Shown here: positions 55,663 to 64,000 of the stretch, piece after piece
Position numbering within the stretch: the stretch's first letter is position 1
Layout of the letters: each line of letters opens with the position of its first letter
NCBI GenBank assembly: GCA_035457825.1
Contig: DATIAY010000122.1
Coordinates: 9,147-73,146 of the forward strand
Source: Candidatus Methylomirabilota bacterium
GTDB taxonomy: Bacteria > Methylomirabilota > Methylomirabilia > Rokubacteriales > CSP1-6
Reading direction: 5' to 3'
DNA: 64,000 bases
Notes under the pieces: generated by a model
The model's database searches: none
The model's input: only the letters and a program-made list of their open reading frames with translations
What the model was told of the DNA's origin: nothing
Position numbers and translations under genes: made by a program

Positions 55663-56952
55663 CTATGATACGCGAGCCAGCTCCTCGCAGGTTACCCCGT
55701 CGGCCAGCAAGGCGCTGACCTCCGTAGCGGAGAAACCGAGCTCGCCCAGGAGCGTCCGCGTCTCGGAGCCGAACGTCGCCGTGGCCGGGCCGGGCTGGAA
55801 GCCTCCGCCATCGAGCCTGAGGGGACTGGCCAGTACCCGGACCGGTCCCAGGACGGGATGGGGCAGGTCACGCACGAAGCCGTTGGCCCGCACCTGCTCA
55901 TCGTCGAGCAGCTCGACGGGCAGCATGACGCCCGAGGCCGGGATGCCGTGCGCGTCGAAGAACGCCTTCCACTCGGCGGTGCTGCGCGTGGCCATGAGCG
56001 TTTCCATCCGAGCGCCCAGCGCCCGGTAATGGCGCAGCTGCGCCTCGCGGTCGGCGATCGGCCGGGCCTGGGCAGTATCCTCCAAGCCTACGGCCTTCAT
56101 GAGCGTGCGCTGGATGCCCGGGCTCACGCAGGCGATGGCCAGGGCGGCATCCTTCGTGGCGTAGGTGCGGTAGTAGACGTTGATCATCCCCGGTGTGCGG
56201 ATCGTGGGAGCGATGGCGAGCTGCTCGGCGAAGGGCCGTCCGGCCGCCCGCAGCTCGGCCAGGCTCGCGCGCACGGCCGCGTGCCGGGGGCCGTCGACGG
56301 CCTCCACCCGCACCATGGAATTGTTCTGCACCACCAGCGCCGCCATCAGGAGCGCCACGTCCACCTCGCCGCCCCGTCCGGTGCGCTCGCGCCGGTACAG
56401 CGCGGAGGCGATGCCGAACGCCAGGGTCATGGCGCACATGTAGTCGGCCACCGGGGGCGCGTCGCCGCCGCCCGGCCCCTGGGCGAGCTGCCCACTGACC
56501 GCCATCAACCCGCTGCGGGCCTGGACCACCAGGTCCATCCCGGCCAGCCCGGCATCCGGTCCGCGCTGACCGAAGGCGCTCACGTTGCCCACGATCAGCC
56601 GCGGGTGACGCGGCCCCAGGCTGGCCCAGTCCAGCCCCAGCTCGGCGGCCAGGCCGGGGCGGAAGTTGGTCAGCACCACGTCCGCGCTCTCGACCAGCCG
56701 CGCGATGACACGCGGGGCCGAAGGGTGCTTGATCGCGAGCGGCAAGCTGTGCTTGCCCCGGTTGCGGGACAGGAAATGGCGGGTCTCCCCGGGCGCGAGC
56801 GGGGCCAGGTGGCGGACGGGATCGCCTTCGAGCGATTCCACCTTGATCACGTGGGCGCCGCCCTCGGCGAGCACCTGCGTGCAGAAGGGGACCGCGATGA
56901 ACTGGCCGAACTCGATGACCCGAACGCCGGCGAAGGGACGGGCGTCGTCCAT
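55663..56952 (-). CDS. Family III CoA-transferase (CaiB/BaiF family)
   Basis: Contains PFAGVRVIEFGQFIAVPFCTQVLAEGGAHVIKVE..GDP.R. 429 aa. Confidence 0.85.
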   Translation of the reverse strand: MDDARPFAGVRVIEFGQFIAVPFCTQVLAEGGAHVIKVESLEGDPVRHLAPLAPGETRHFLSRNRGKHSLPLAIKHPSAPRVIARLVESADVVLTNFRPGLAAELGLDWASLGPRHPRLIVGNVSAFGQRGPDAGLAGMDLVVQARSGLMAVSGQLAQGPGGGDAPPVADYMCAMTLAFGIASALYRRERTGRGGEVDVALLMAALVVQNNSMVRVEAVDGPRHAAVRASLAELRAAGRPFAEQLAIAPTIRTPGMINVYYRTYATKDAALAIACVSPGIQRTLMKAVGLEDTAQARPIADREAQLRHYRALGARMETLMATRSTAEWKAFFDAHGIPASGVMLPVELLDDEQVRANGFVRDLPHPVLGPVRVLASPLRLDGGGFQPGPATATFGSETRTLLGELGFSATEVSALLADGVTCEELARVS

Positions 56953-56976
56953 GGCGCGCTAGACTACCACGCGGTG

Positions 56977-58011
56977 ATGACCGGGGAGCAGGAGGAGCCG
57001 ACCGTGGACAGGCGTATCGCTTTGACCGTGCCGGTCGACGGATTCTCGCTGGCCGAGCACGCCGAGCTCGCGCGCGAGGCCGAGGGCCTGGGCTACCGGG
57101 ACGCGTGGTCGTGGGAAGCCGACGGTCTCGACGCCTTCAGTCCGCTGGTGGTGGCCGGCCTGGCCACCCGATTGCGGCTGGGCACGGCCATCGTCAACGT
57201 CTTCACCCGCGGCCCCGCCACGCTGGCCCAGAGCGCGGCGGGTATCGCCGAGATCGCGCCCGGGCGCTTCTGCCTGGGGATCGGGGCGGGCTCCAACGTG
57301 ATCGTGGAGGCCTGGAACGGCGGGGTCTTCCGGCGACCGGCCATGCGCGTGCGGGAGATGGCGAGTTTCCTGCGCCGGGCGCTGAGCGGTGAGCGGGTGG
57401 TCTTCCACGGCGAGACGTTCTCGGTCGATGGCTTCCGCCTCTCCCGGCCACCGGCCCAACCCGTTCCCATCTACGTCGCCGCGCTCCGCGCGGGCATGCT
57501 CGCCGTGGCCGGCGAGGTCGGTGACGGCGTGATCCTCAACTGGCTCGCGCCCGAAGACGTGCCCCGCTGCGTCGCCGTGGTGCGGGAGGCGGCCCGGCGG
57601 GCGGGGCGGGATCCCGAGGCGATCGAGGTGACCTGCCGGATCTTCGCCCACGTGGATGCGCCGTCGCCGGAGGCCGACACGGCGTCGCGCCGTCACGTCG
57701 CCGCTTACCTCAACGTCCCCGTTTACCGGGCCTTCCATGAGTGGCTAGGGCGAACCCCGGAGCTCGGGACGATGTGGGACGCGTGGGGGAAGGGCGACCG
57801 CCGCGCCGCCGTGACGGCCATCCCCGATGCCGTTCTCGATCGGCTGCTCGTCCGCGGCTCGCCCCCCGCCATGCGCGCCCGCGTTCGTGAGTATCTCGAC
57901 GCCGGCGTCGACACGGTCTTCGTGGCGCTCCAGAGCAGCGAGTCCGAGGCCGATCGCAGACGCGGGGTGCTGCGCGCGGCCATGCGCGCGCTGGCCCCGG
58001 CGGCCGGGTGA
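56977..58011 (+). CDS. LLM-class (luciferase-like) flavin/F420-dependent oxidoreductase
   Basis: Contains ..AEGLGYRDAWSWE......F......A..T.RLRLGTAIVNVF.R.PA.LA and ..GDGVILNW. ATG 56977 is internal to track ORF 55858..58011. Confidence 0.75.
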   Translation: MTGEQEEPTVDRRIALTVPVDGFSLAEHAELAREAEGLGYRDAWSWEADGLDAFSPLVVAGLATRLRLGTAIVNVFTRGPATLAQSAAGIAEIAPGRFCLGIGAGSNVIVEAWNGGVFRRPAMRVREMASFLRRALSGERVVFHGETFSVDGFRLSRPPAQPVPIYVAALRAGMLAVAGEVGDGVILNWLAPEDVPRCVAVVREAARRAGRDPEAIEVTCRIFAHVDAPSPEADTASRRHVAAYLNVPVYRAFHEWLGRTPELGTMWDAWGKGDRRAAVTAIPDAVLDRLLVRGSPPAMRARVREYLDAGVDTVFVALQSSESEADRRRGVLRAAMRALAPAAG

Positions 58012-58041
58012 GCCGGAGACACCGGGCGGGGCGATCCCCTC

Positions 58042-58371
58042 ATGGGCGACACGGAGTCACGGATCAAGCTCGACGGCTGCCAGCTCTGCCGGGCCGAGCG
58101 GATCACGCCCTGGTACCACGAGGACGACGTGTGCTGGATCGCCGAGTGCGAGATCTGCGCCGTCCCGATGGTGGTCTGGCGCTGGCACGGCACGGCGCCG
58201 CCGGCCGGTGAGGTCGAGCATATGCGGCGGGTCCTTCACGAGGTCGCGGTCCGGGAGATCGGCGAGTTCTGGATCGATGATCACATGCGGAACATCCCCG
58301 ATCACTGGCATGCTCACGCCCGCCCGAACGGCGGGTTCTTTGGCCGGCGGCGGCCATCGAGTCAAACCTAG
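58042..58371 (+). CDS. Small Cys-rich protein with a HIT-like H-x-H-x-H motif
   Basis: 109 aa with CQLC...YHEDDVCWIAECEIC...DHWHAHARP, reminiscent of the HIT layout (C-x-x-C ... yEDd ... H-x-H-x-H-x-x). Confidence 0.45.
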   Translation: MGDTESRIKLDGCQLCRAERITPWYHEDDVCWIAECEICAVPMVVWRWHGTAPPAGEVEHMRRVLHEVAVREIGEFWIDDHMRNIPDHWHAHARPNGGFFGRRRPSSQT

Positions 58372-58486
58372 CTGCGCGACTTCGCTACAATACCGGTGGG
58401 AGAGCGCCGCCAGCGTTATCCTTGTCTCCTATCATGACCGAGGACGCGAAGGTTGGCCGGCTGATGTCTCGGCAGAGCCTGGCCCG

Positions 58487-59092
58487 ATGAAGGAGTGCTG
58501 CGAGGTCAGGGCTGACATCCCCGAGCGCCAGCGGCGAGTCCTTCACATCGTCCTCTGGATCAACCTCGCCATGTTCCTGGGCGAGCTCGTGGCCGGGCTT
58601 CTCGCCCATTCGACCGCCCTCATCGCCGACTCGGTGGACATGCTCGGTGACGCCATTGTCTACGGGTTCAGTCTTTACGTCGTTGCCCGGGGAACGGTCT
58701 GGAAGGCCCGCGCGGCGCTCCTGAAGGGGGTCATCATGGCGGTGTTCGGGGGCGGCGTCATGCTGGAGGTCGCGCTCAAGGTCGTCCGCGGCCTCGTCCC
58801 TGGCGCCGAGGTGATGGGCGGCGTCGGTCTCGTCGCGCTGGCGGCCAACGTCGTCTGCCTGACGCTGCTGTGGCGTCGGTGTGAGGACGACGTCAACATG
58901 CGCTCAGCCTGGCTGTGCTCGCGCAACGACGTGATGGGCAACCTGGGCGTCCTGCTCGCCGCAGCGGGCGTGGCCGTGACCGCCTCCGCGTGGCCGGACA
59001 TCCTCATCGGTCTTGCCATCGCGGCGATGTTCGGCCACTCGGCTGTCGGCGTGATCCGAGCGGCCGGCAGAGAGCTTCGAGCCGCTAATTGA
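58487..59092 (+). CDS. Cation diffusion facilitator (CDF) transporter, membrane domain only (201 aa)
   Basis: Contains LAHSTALIADSVDMLGD (TM2 metal site) and ..WLCSRNDVMGNLGVL. (TM5). It ends right after TM6 with no cytoplasmic C-terminal domain. Confidence 0.7.
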   Translation: MKECCEVRADIPERQRRVLHIVLWINLAMFLGELVAGLLAHSTALIADSVDMLGDAIVYGFSLYVVARGTVWKARAALLKGVIMAVFGGGVMLEVALKVVRGLVPGAEVMGGVGLVALAANVVCLTLLWRRCEDDVNMRSAWLCSRNDVMGNLGVLLAAAGVAVTASAWPDILIGLAIAAMFGHSAVGVIRAAGRELRAAN

Positions 59093-60470
59093 CCGCGAGG
59101 ACGGGGGCGTGCTGCAGGGACTCGAGCACCGCCCGGGCCAGGCGCGGCAGCTCGGGATCGCGCGCTCCCAGAATCAGCACGGTGTCGCCGGGGCGGGCCT
59201 CACCGTGGACCCATTCGACCACCGCGTGATGATCGGTGGCGTAGGCGCAGCGTAGCGGGGCGGGGAGGTCGGCGGCCAGCATGCGACTCGAGACGTCCTT
59301 CCGGGTGGTCCCGCCCGCGTAGAAGATCTCCGCGTAGCAGAACCTGTCTTGCGGGCGGAGGAGCCGCGGCAGGAGCTGGCGCAGCTCGGGACGCAGGAAC
59401 CGGGCCGGGCCGAAGCCGTGGGGCTGGAACACCGCCAGCACGCGCTCGGCGCCGGCCTGCGCGGTGGTCAGCGCCGCCCGGAGCTTCTCGCCGTTGTGGG
59501 CGTAGTCGTCGACCACCCGGATCCCGCTCGGCGTGGTGCCCACGACCTCGAAGCGGCGGGCTACGCCGGGGAAGTGCCTGAGCAGCGCCGCGATCGTGGG
59601 CGGCGCGATGCCGAGCTCCATCGCCACCAGCGCGGCGGCCGCGGCGTTTTCAAGATTGTGAAGGCCGGGCTGGGGGACATCGAGAGCGAGGGGGCCGCCC
59701 GGCAGCGCGAGCAGGCCGATGGCGCGGTCCGGTCCCGTGGTCTCCACCGCGAGCCGGACGTCGGCGGTCGGGCCCACACCGTAGGTCACGACGTCGGCCC
59801 CGCGTCGCAGCGAGGCCGCCTCCGGGCAGCCGGCGTTGAGCAGTAATCGGCGGCAGCCAGCGGCGAAGGTCGCGAACTGCTCGCGGATCACCGACACCTC
59901 GCCGTGGTCCCGGCTGATGTTGTGCACCACGCCGACGCGCGGGCGGTATCCGGTGAGGGTGCCATCCGACTCGCACGCCTCGGCGACGACCGGACCGGCC
60001 TCCGGCCCGGCGCGGAAGCAGCCGGCCAGGCCCTCGCCGATGAGGGCGGCGCCGCCGAGAACGGTCGCCGGCACACCGGCCTCGCGGGCCAGCCACGCCA
60101 CCATTCCGGTGATGGTGCTCTTGCCACTAGTACCGGCGATGGCGACGCCGGGCCGGCCGGCGTTGACGACCTCCGCCAGCAGCGCGGGTCGGCTCACGAG
60201 CTCGATGCCGAGCTGGTGGGCGGCTCGCATCTCGGGCGTGTCAGCCTCGACGGCGGTCGAGTAGACGAAGCGGTCGAGGCCGCGCGTCACCGCGGCGCCG
60301 TCGTGGGGCCGCAGCACGATTCCCAGGCGGCGCAGCCGGGCCGCCAGCTCGGGATTCCTGCCCTGGTCGAAGGAGCGGTCCGAGCCCTGGACCTGGTCGC
60401 CCCTGGCGCGGACCAGTTGGGCCAGGGGATTCATGCCGGCACCCGCGATTCCCGAGAAGTGGTAGCGCAT
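59085..60470 (-). CDS. Mur-ligase family protein (MurC/Mpl-like)
   Basis: Contains HFSGIAGAGMNPLAQLV..RG..V.GSD and the P-loop AIAGTSGKSTIT, plus the Mur ligase middle and C domains. ATG 60470 is internal to track ORF 59085..61199. Confidence 0.8.
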   Translation of the reverse strand: MRYHFSGIAGAGMNPLAQLVRARGDQVQGSDRSFDQGRNPELAARLRRLGIVLRPHDGAAVTRGLDRFVYSTAVEADTPEMRAAHQLGIELVSRPALLAEVVNAGRPGVAIAGTSGKSTITGMVAWLAREAGVPATVLGGAALIGEGLAGCFRAGPEAGPVVAEACESDGTLTGYRPRVGVVHNISRDHGEVSVIREQFATFAAGCRRLLLNAGCPEAASLRRGADVVTYGVGPTADVRLAVETTGPDRAIGLLALPGGPLALDVPQPGLHNLENAAAAALVAMELGIAPPTIAALLRHFPGVARRFEVVGTTPSGIRVVDDYAHNGEKLRAALTTAQAGAERVLAVFQPHGFGPARFLRPELRQLLPRLLRPQDRFCYAEIFYAGGTTRKDVSSRMLAADLPAPLRCAYATDHHAVVEWVHGEARPGDTVLILGARDPELPRLARAVLESLQHAPVLAVN

Positions 60471-60653
60471 CAGACGCGATCCCGTGCACCCAGGATGCCA
60501 GGCTCCGCGAAGGCGGCCTCCATGTTTTCTGCCGAGTTGGCGCTCGGGGTTCTCGGGCTCCGGCCGATCCTGGTCACGGTGTCCTGTCCATCGTCGACGG
60601 CCTGACACCCGGCACCGGTTTACTCTCGACCGGCTTGCTACAATGACCAGCGT

Positions 60654-63074
60654 ATGGACAGTTCCACGCCGGCCGTCCTCTCGCGCTCGTCCGACATCCA
60701 GTCGGCACTCCGCGCCGACCCCAGCTTCCGGTTCCGTTGTGAGCTCAGTCTGGCGCCGTTGATCGCCTTCTGGGCCCAGGCCGCCGGGGACCCGTCGGCC
60801 AGGGGAGCGCTGGCCCGGATCGTGGGCGAGGAGGTCGGGCGGGCCCCGGAGCTGCTGGCGACGATCGAGGATGCCGGCGTGATCGAGCGCCACCGGGAGC
60901 TGGTCGACACGTTGATGACCGCGGTCTTTCCCCCGGCGGCGTGGGAGCAGGAGTACATCGCGGCGCTCGTGCCCTTCCAGCTCCGCGCCTTCTACGCGAC
61001 GCCCCTCATGCGCCGTCTCCTCATCGCCAGGGACGGCACGCTGCAGGGCCGGGTGAATCTCAGCGAGCCCATGGTCGCGGCCATGCGGCTGGCCTACGCC
61101 CACGCGCTGATCGTGCGCCAGCTCTACGGCATCGCCGTGGACGTCGATTACCCGATCATCTGCACGGTGACCGACCCGGAGACGGGGCTCGCCCTCCACT
61201 ACCGGATGCTTTTCGACTGGCGGTTCGAAGAGGTGGTGCTGGATGGCACGCTGCCGCCCCTGAGCGAGGAGCTACGGCAGGGCCTGCACACGAACGTCCT
61301 CGACCCCGATCTGCTGCGCCAGGCCCTGCCCCCGGAGCGGATCGTGATCCGTGGATTCACCATCCTCCGGGCGGTCGAGGTCACCGATCAGGAAGTCCTG
61401 TCGAGACTCAAGCGTGACCTGATCGACCGGGAGTCCATCGTCTCCCTGACCCGCTTCCAGGGTCTCCAAGACAGGCTCAAGACGCTCTTTCGGCGGCCGG
61501 AGCTGCGGCTGGGCCTGGCCGCGCTGGAAGGGAACCGCGTCCTCGTCCTCAACTATGGGTCGCGCCACGAGCACGCCTGCATCTTCGCCGACTCCTCCCA
61601 CCTCACGACCACCGACTTTGCCGGCTCGGTCTTTGCGCGGGCAGTCAAAGGGGGCCAGCCCCTCATCATCGATGACCTGACGGCGCTCCCCGAGCGCTCC
61701 CCGATCGAGGAGGAGCTGATCCGGTACGGTGTCCGCACCATGGTGGTGGCGCCCCTGCACTACCAGGACCGGATCATCGGCACCCTCGATCTCACCTCGC
61801 CGCGGCCGGGGGACTTCACCGCGACGCACCTGCCCAAGCTCCACGAGGTCCTGCCGCTCTTCTCCATGGCCGTCCAGCGCAGCATGGAGGAGCTGAACGC
61901 GCGGATCCAGACCCAGATCAAGGAGCGGTTCACGGCCATTCACCCGGTGGTGGAGTGGCGGTTCCGCAAGGCCGTGCTCGATGCCCTGGAGCAGCAGGGG
62001 GCGAGCCCGGGGGCATCGGAGCTGGAGCCGATCGTCTTCGAGAACGTCTACCCCCTCTACGCGCTCTCGGACATCCGCGGCTCCTCGACGCAGCGGGCCC
62101 TGGCTACTCAGGGAGATCTCCTGGCCCAGCTCGGCCTGGCCCGCGACGTCGTGGAGGCGGCGTTGGCGGCCCGCCCGTTGCCCGCCCTCGACGAGCTGCG
62201 GTATCGGATCGACAAGCACATCGACCGCATCGGGCACGACGTGTCGTCGGGCGACGAGGCGGGCGTGGCGGCGTTCCTCCGCGCCGAGGTGGAGGCGCTC
62301 TTCGAGCGTTTGCTGGACTTCGGCCCGGCCGTGCCCGAGCGGGTCCAGGCCTACCGGTCGGCCCTCGACCCCCGCCGGCGCGCCGTGTACCGCCAGCGCC
62401 GGGTGTTCGAGGAGGGCGTCGCCCGGCTCACCGAGGCCATCGCCTCGTATCTGGATCTCGAGGAGCAGGCGGCCCAGGGCATGTTCCCGCACTATTTCGA
62501 GAAGCAGAAGACCGACGGCGTCGACCACCAGATCTACGTGGGCGCCTCCCTCATGGAGGATGGCCGCTTCGACCGGCTGTACCTCAAGAACCTCCGGCTC
62601 TGGCAGCTCATCGTGGTGTGCGGGATCGCCGCCCGGTCCGAGCAGCTCCTGCGCTCGCTGCCCGTGCCGCTGGAAACCACCCATCTGATCCTCGTCCAGC
62701 ACGCGCCCCTGGCCATCCACTTCCGGTTCGACGAGAAGCGCTTCGACGTGGACGGCGCCTACGACATCCGGTACGAGATCGTCAAGAAGCGCATCGACAA
62801 GGCCCTCATCAAGGGCACCGACCAGCGGCTGACCCAGCCGGGCCGGATCGCCATCGTCTACGCGCAGCCCGCCGAGGCTCTCGAGTATCGCGGCTACATC
62901 GAGTACCTCCAGCACCTCGGCTATCTGGGGCCCGAGGTCGAAGACTTCGAGCTCGAGGAGCTGCAGGGCGTGCACGGCTTGCGGGCGCTCCGGGTGACGG
63001 TGACGCTCCGCGAGGCGGGAGGTGAGCGGCCGGTCGCGCTGAGCGTCCTCGGGCTGCAGGGGGCAGCGTCCTAG
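60654..63074 (+). CDS. Large (806 aa) GAF-domain-containing protein of unknown function
   Basis: Central GAF-like segment (..FARAVKGGQPLIIDDL...RYGVRTMVVAPLHYQDRIIGTLDL). The long N- and C-terminal regions match no family I recognise. Confidence 0.65.
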   Translation: MDSSTPAVLSRSSDIQSALRADPSFRFRCELSLAPLIAFWAQAAGDPSARGALARIVGEEVGRAPELLATIEDAGVIERHRELVDTLMTAVFPPAAWEQEYIAALVPFQLRAFYATPLMRRLLIARDGTLQGRVNLSEPMVAAMRLAYAHALIVRQLYGIAVDVDYPIICTVTDPETGLALHYRMLFDWRFEEVVLDGTLPPLSEELRQGLHTNVLDPDLLRQALPPERIVIRGFTILRAVEVTDQEVLSRLKRDLIDRESIVSLTRFQGLQDRLKTLFRRPELRLGLAALEGNRVLVLNYGSRHEHACIFADSSHLTTTDFAGSVFARAVKGGQPLIIDDLTALPERSPIEEELIRYGVRTMVVAPLHYQDRIIGTLDLTSPRPGDFTATHLPKLHEVLPLFSMAVQRSMEELNARIQTQIKERFTAIHPVVEWRFRKAVLDALEQQGASPGASELEPIVFENVYPLYALSDIRGSSTQRALATQGDLLAQLGLARDVVEAALAARPLPALDELRYRIDKHIDRIGHDVSSGDEAGVAAFLRAEVEALFERLLDFGPAVPERVQAYRSALDPRRRAVYRQRRVFEEGVARLTEAIASYLDLEEQAAQGMFPHYFEKQKTDGVDHQIYVGASLMEDGRFDRLYLKNLRLWQLIVVCGIAARSEQLLRSLPVPLETTHLILVQHAPLAIHFRFDEKRFDVDGAYDIRYEIVKKRIDKALIKGTDQRLTQPGRIAIVYAQPAEALEYRGYIEYLQHLGYLGPEVEDFELEELQGVHGLRALRVTVTLREAGGERPVALSVLGLQGAAS

Positions 63075-63130
63075 GTCCAACGCGCGTCTCCCGCGGGATT
63101 CTGTTCGTCACGATCGCCACCCTGTGCTTC

Positions 63131-63955
63131 GTGACGATGAACGTCACCGTCAAGGTCCTGATCCCCTACCTGCCCACCCTCGAGCTGATCTGGGCCCGGG
63201 CCCTGGGACATCTGCTCGTGGTCTTCGCGCTCTTCGCCCCCGGCCACGGAGGCTGGCGCCTGCTCGTCACGCGCCGCCCGGCGATCCAGCTCGGACGCTC
63301 GGTACTGCTGCTCCTGTCCACCTCGTTCTTCTTCACGGCGCTGGGCCGGGTTCCCCTGGCCGACGCCACGGCGGTGTCGTTCACCTCTCCCCTCCTGGTG
63401 GCCGCGCTGGCGTTCCCCGTGCTCGGCGAGCGGGTGGGACTCGACCAGTGGGTCTCGATCGCCGTCGGCTTTGCCGGAGCGCTGATCGTCATCCGTCCGA
63501 CCGGCGAGGGGGCCAGTCCCTACGCGTTTCTGGTCCTGGGCAGCGCCATCTGCTATGCCCTCTACCAGCTGCTCACCCGGAGGGTCGCCGGGATCGACCC
63601 TCCGGAGACGAGCGTGACCTACAGCGCCCTCGTCGCCACCCTGGTTCTCTCGGCGCTGGTTCCCTTCTTCTGGCAGCCGCCGCAACGGCTCTCGCACTGG
63701 CTGATGCTGGCGACCCTGGGGCTCCTGGGCGCCGTGGGCCACTACTGCGTGGCCCGGGCGCTCCTCTGGGCGCCCGCCGCCATCGTCTCGCCCTTCCATT
63801 ACGTGCAGCTCGTGTGGGCCGCGGCCCTGGGCTACCTCGTGTTCGGTGACGTGCCGAGCGGGTGGACGTGGCTGGGCGCGGCCATCATCGTGGCCAGCGG
63901 GGTGTCCATCGTGGTGCGGGAAACGCGCGTGGTGCGGGAAACGCGGCGGTCCTGA
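63131..63955 (+). CDS. EamA/DMT-family transporter (start probably upstream of the annotated GTG)
   Basis: About 10 TM helices, with two EamA halves (..RRPAIQLGRSVLL.. and ..GLLGAVGHYCVARAL.). In-frame TM1-like residues RGILFVTIATLCF lie upstream of GTG 63131. Confidence 0.75.
   Translation: MTMNVTVKVLIPYLPTLELIWARALGHLLVVFALFAPGHGGWRLLVTRRPAIQLGRSVLLLLSTSFFFTALGRVPLADATAVSFTSPLLVAALAFPVLGERVGLDQWVSIAVGFAGALIVIRPTGEGASPYAFLVLGSAICYALYQLLTRRVAGIDPPETSVTYSALVATLVLSALVPFFWQPPQRLSHWLMLATLGLLGAVGHYCVARALLWAPAAIVSPFHYVQLVWAAALGYLVFGDVPSGWTWLGAAIIVASGVSIVVRETRVVRETRRS
63911..63946 (+). repeat. In-frame 18-bp tandem duplication at the EamA 3' end
   Basis: GTGGTGCGGGAAACGCGC followed by GTGGTGCGGGAAACGCGG (17/18 identical), encoding VVRETR-VVRETR. 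Confidence 0.8.
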
Positions 63956-64000
63956 GCGGCGCCGCCCGAAGGTGGGGAAGCTACCGGCGCCCGACGACTC

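Noticed and set aside
58372-58486. NiCo (czcD-type) riboswitch upstream of the CDF gene.
   Set aside because: I could not align the leader to the conserved four-way-junction core from memory. Without Infernal this would be a guess, so it is kept only as a low-interest leader observation.

Overview
Very GC-rich bacterial chromosomal segment. Third codon positions are almost all G/C, so the six-frame track is full of long spurious antisense ORFs. I support about 60 genes and saw no rRNA, tRNA or CRISPR array. Content, left to right: an HNH-endonuclease fragment abutting a truncated rhodanese-like start; an SDR and a CinA-like gene; a secreted three-repeat protein; an acyl-CoA ligase, GntR regulator and four-subunit 2-oxoacid:ferredoxin oxidoreductase island with TctCBA; a giant sigma-54 activator fused to a STAND/TPR module, divergent from an SBP56(mtoX)-SCO1-MauG operon; a co-directional redox/transport cluster; an ECF sigma/anti-sigma pair with DUF4139; AsmA, GGDEF and BNR-propeller genes; form I CO dehydrogenase coxMSL with an XdhC-YHS fusion; a HepT/MntA toxin-antitoxin pair; a CHASE2-sigma-54 activator module; CoA/beta-oxidation genes; a CDF transporter, a Mur-type ligase, an 806-aa GAF protein and an EamA transporter. 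The main finding is two genes on the same strand, about 4 kb apart, each interrupted by a single in-frame TGA exactly at a catalytic cysteine codon. One is the peroxidatic Cys of an exported peroxiredoxin. The other is the catalytic-zinc Cys ligand of an MDR Zn-alcohol dehydrogenase. Both have hairpins downstream of the TGA, which makes them candidate selenoproteins. To my knowledge the Zn-ADH is not a described selenoprotein family. Second theme: four intergenic matches to the sigma-54 -24/-12 promoter consensus, alongside two activators with atypical domain architecture. Two ECF-type promoters, one strong sigma-70 promoter and a perfect 22-bp operator palindrome are also readable directly from the sequence.
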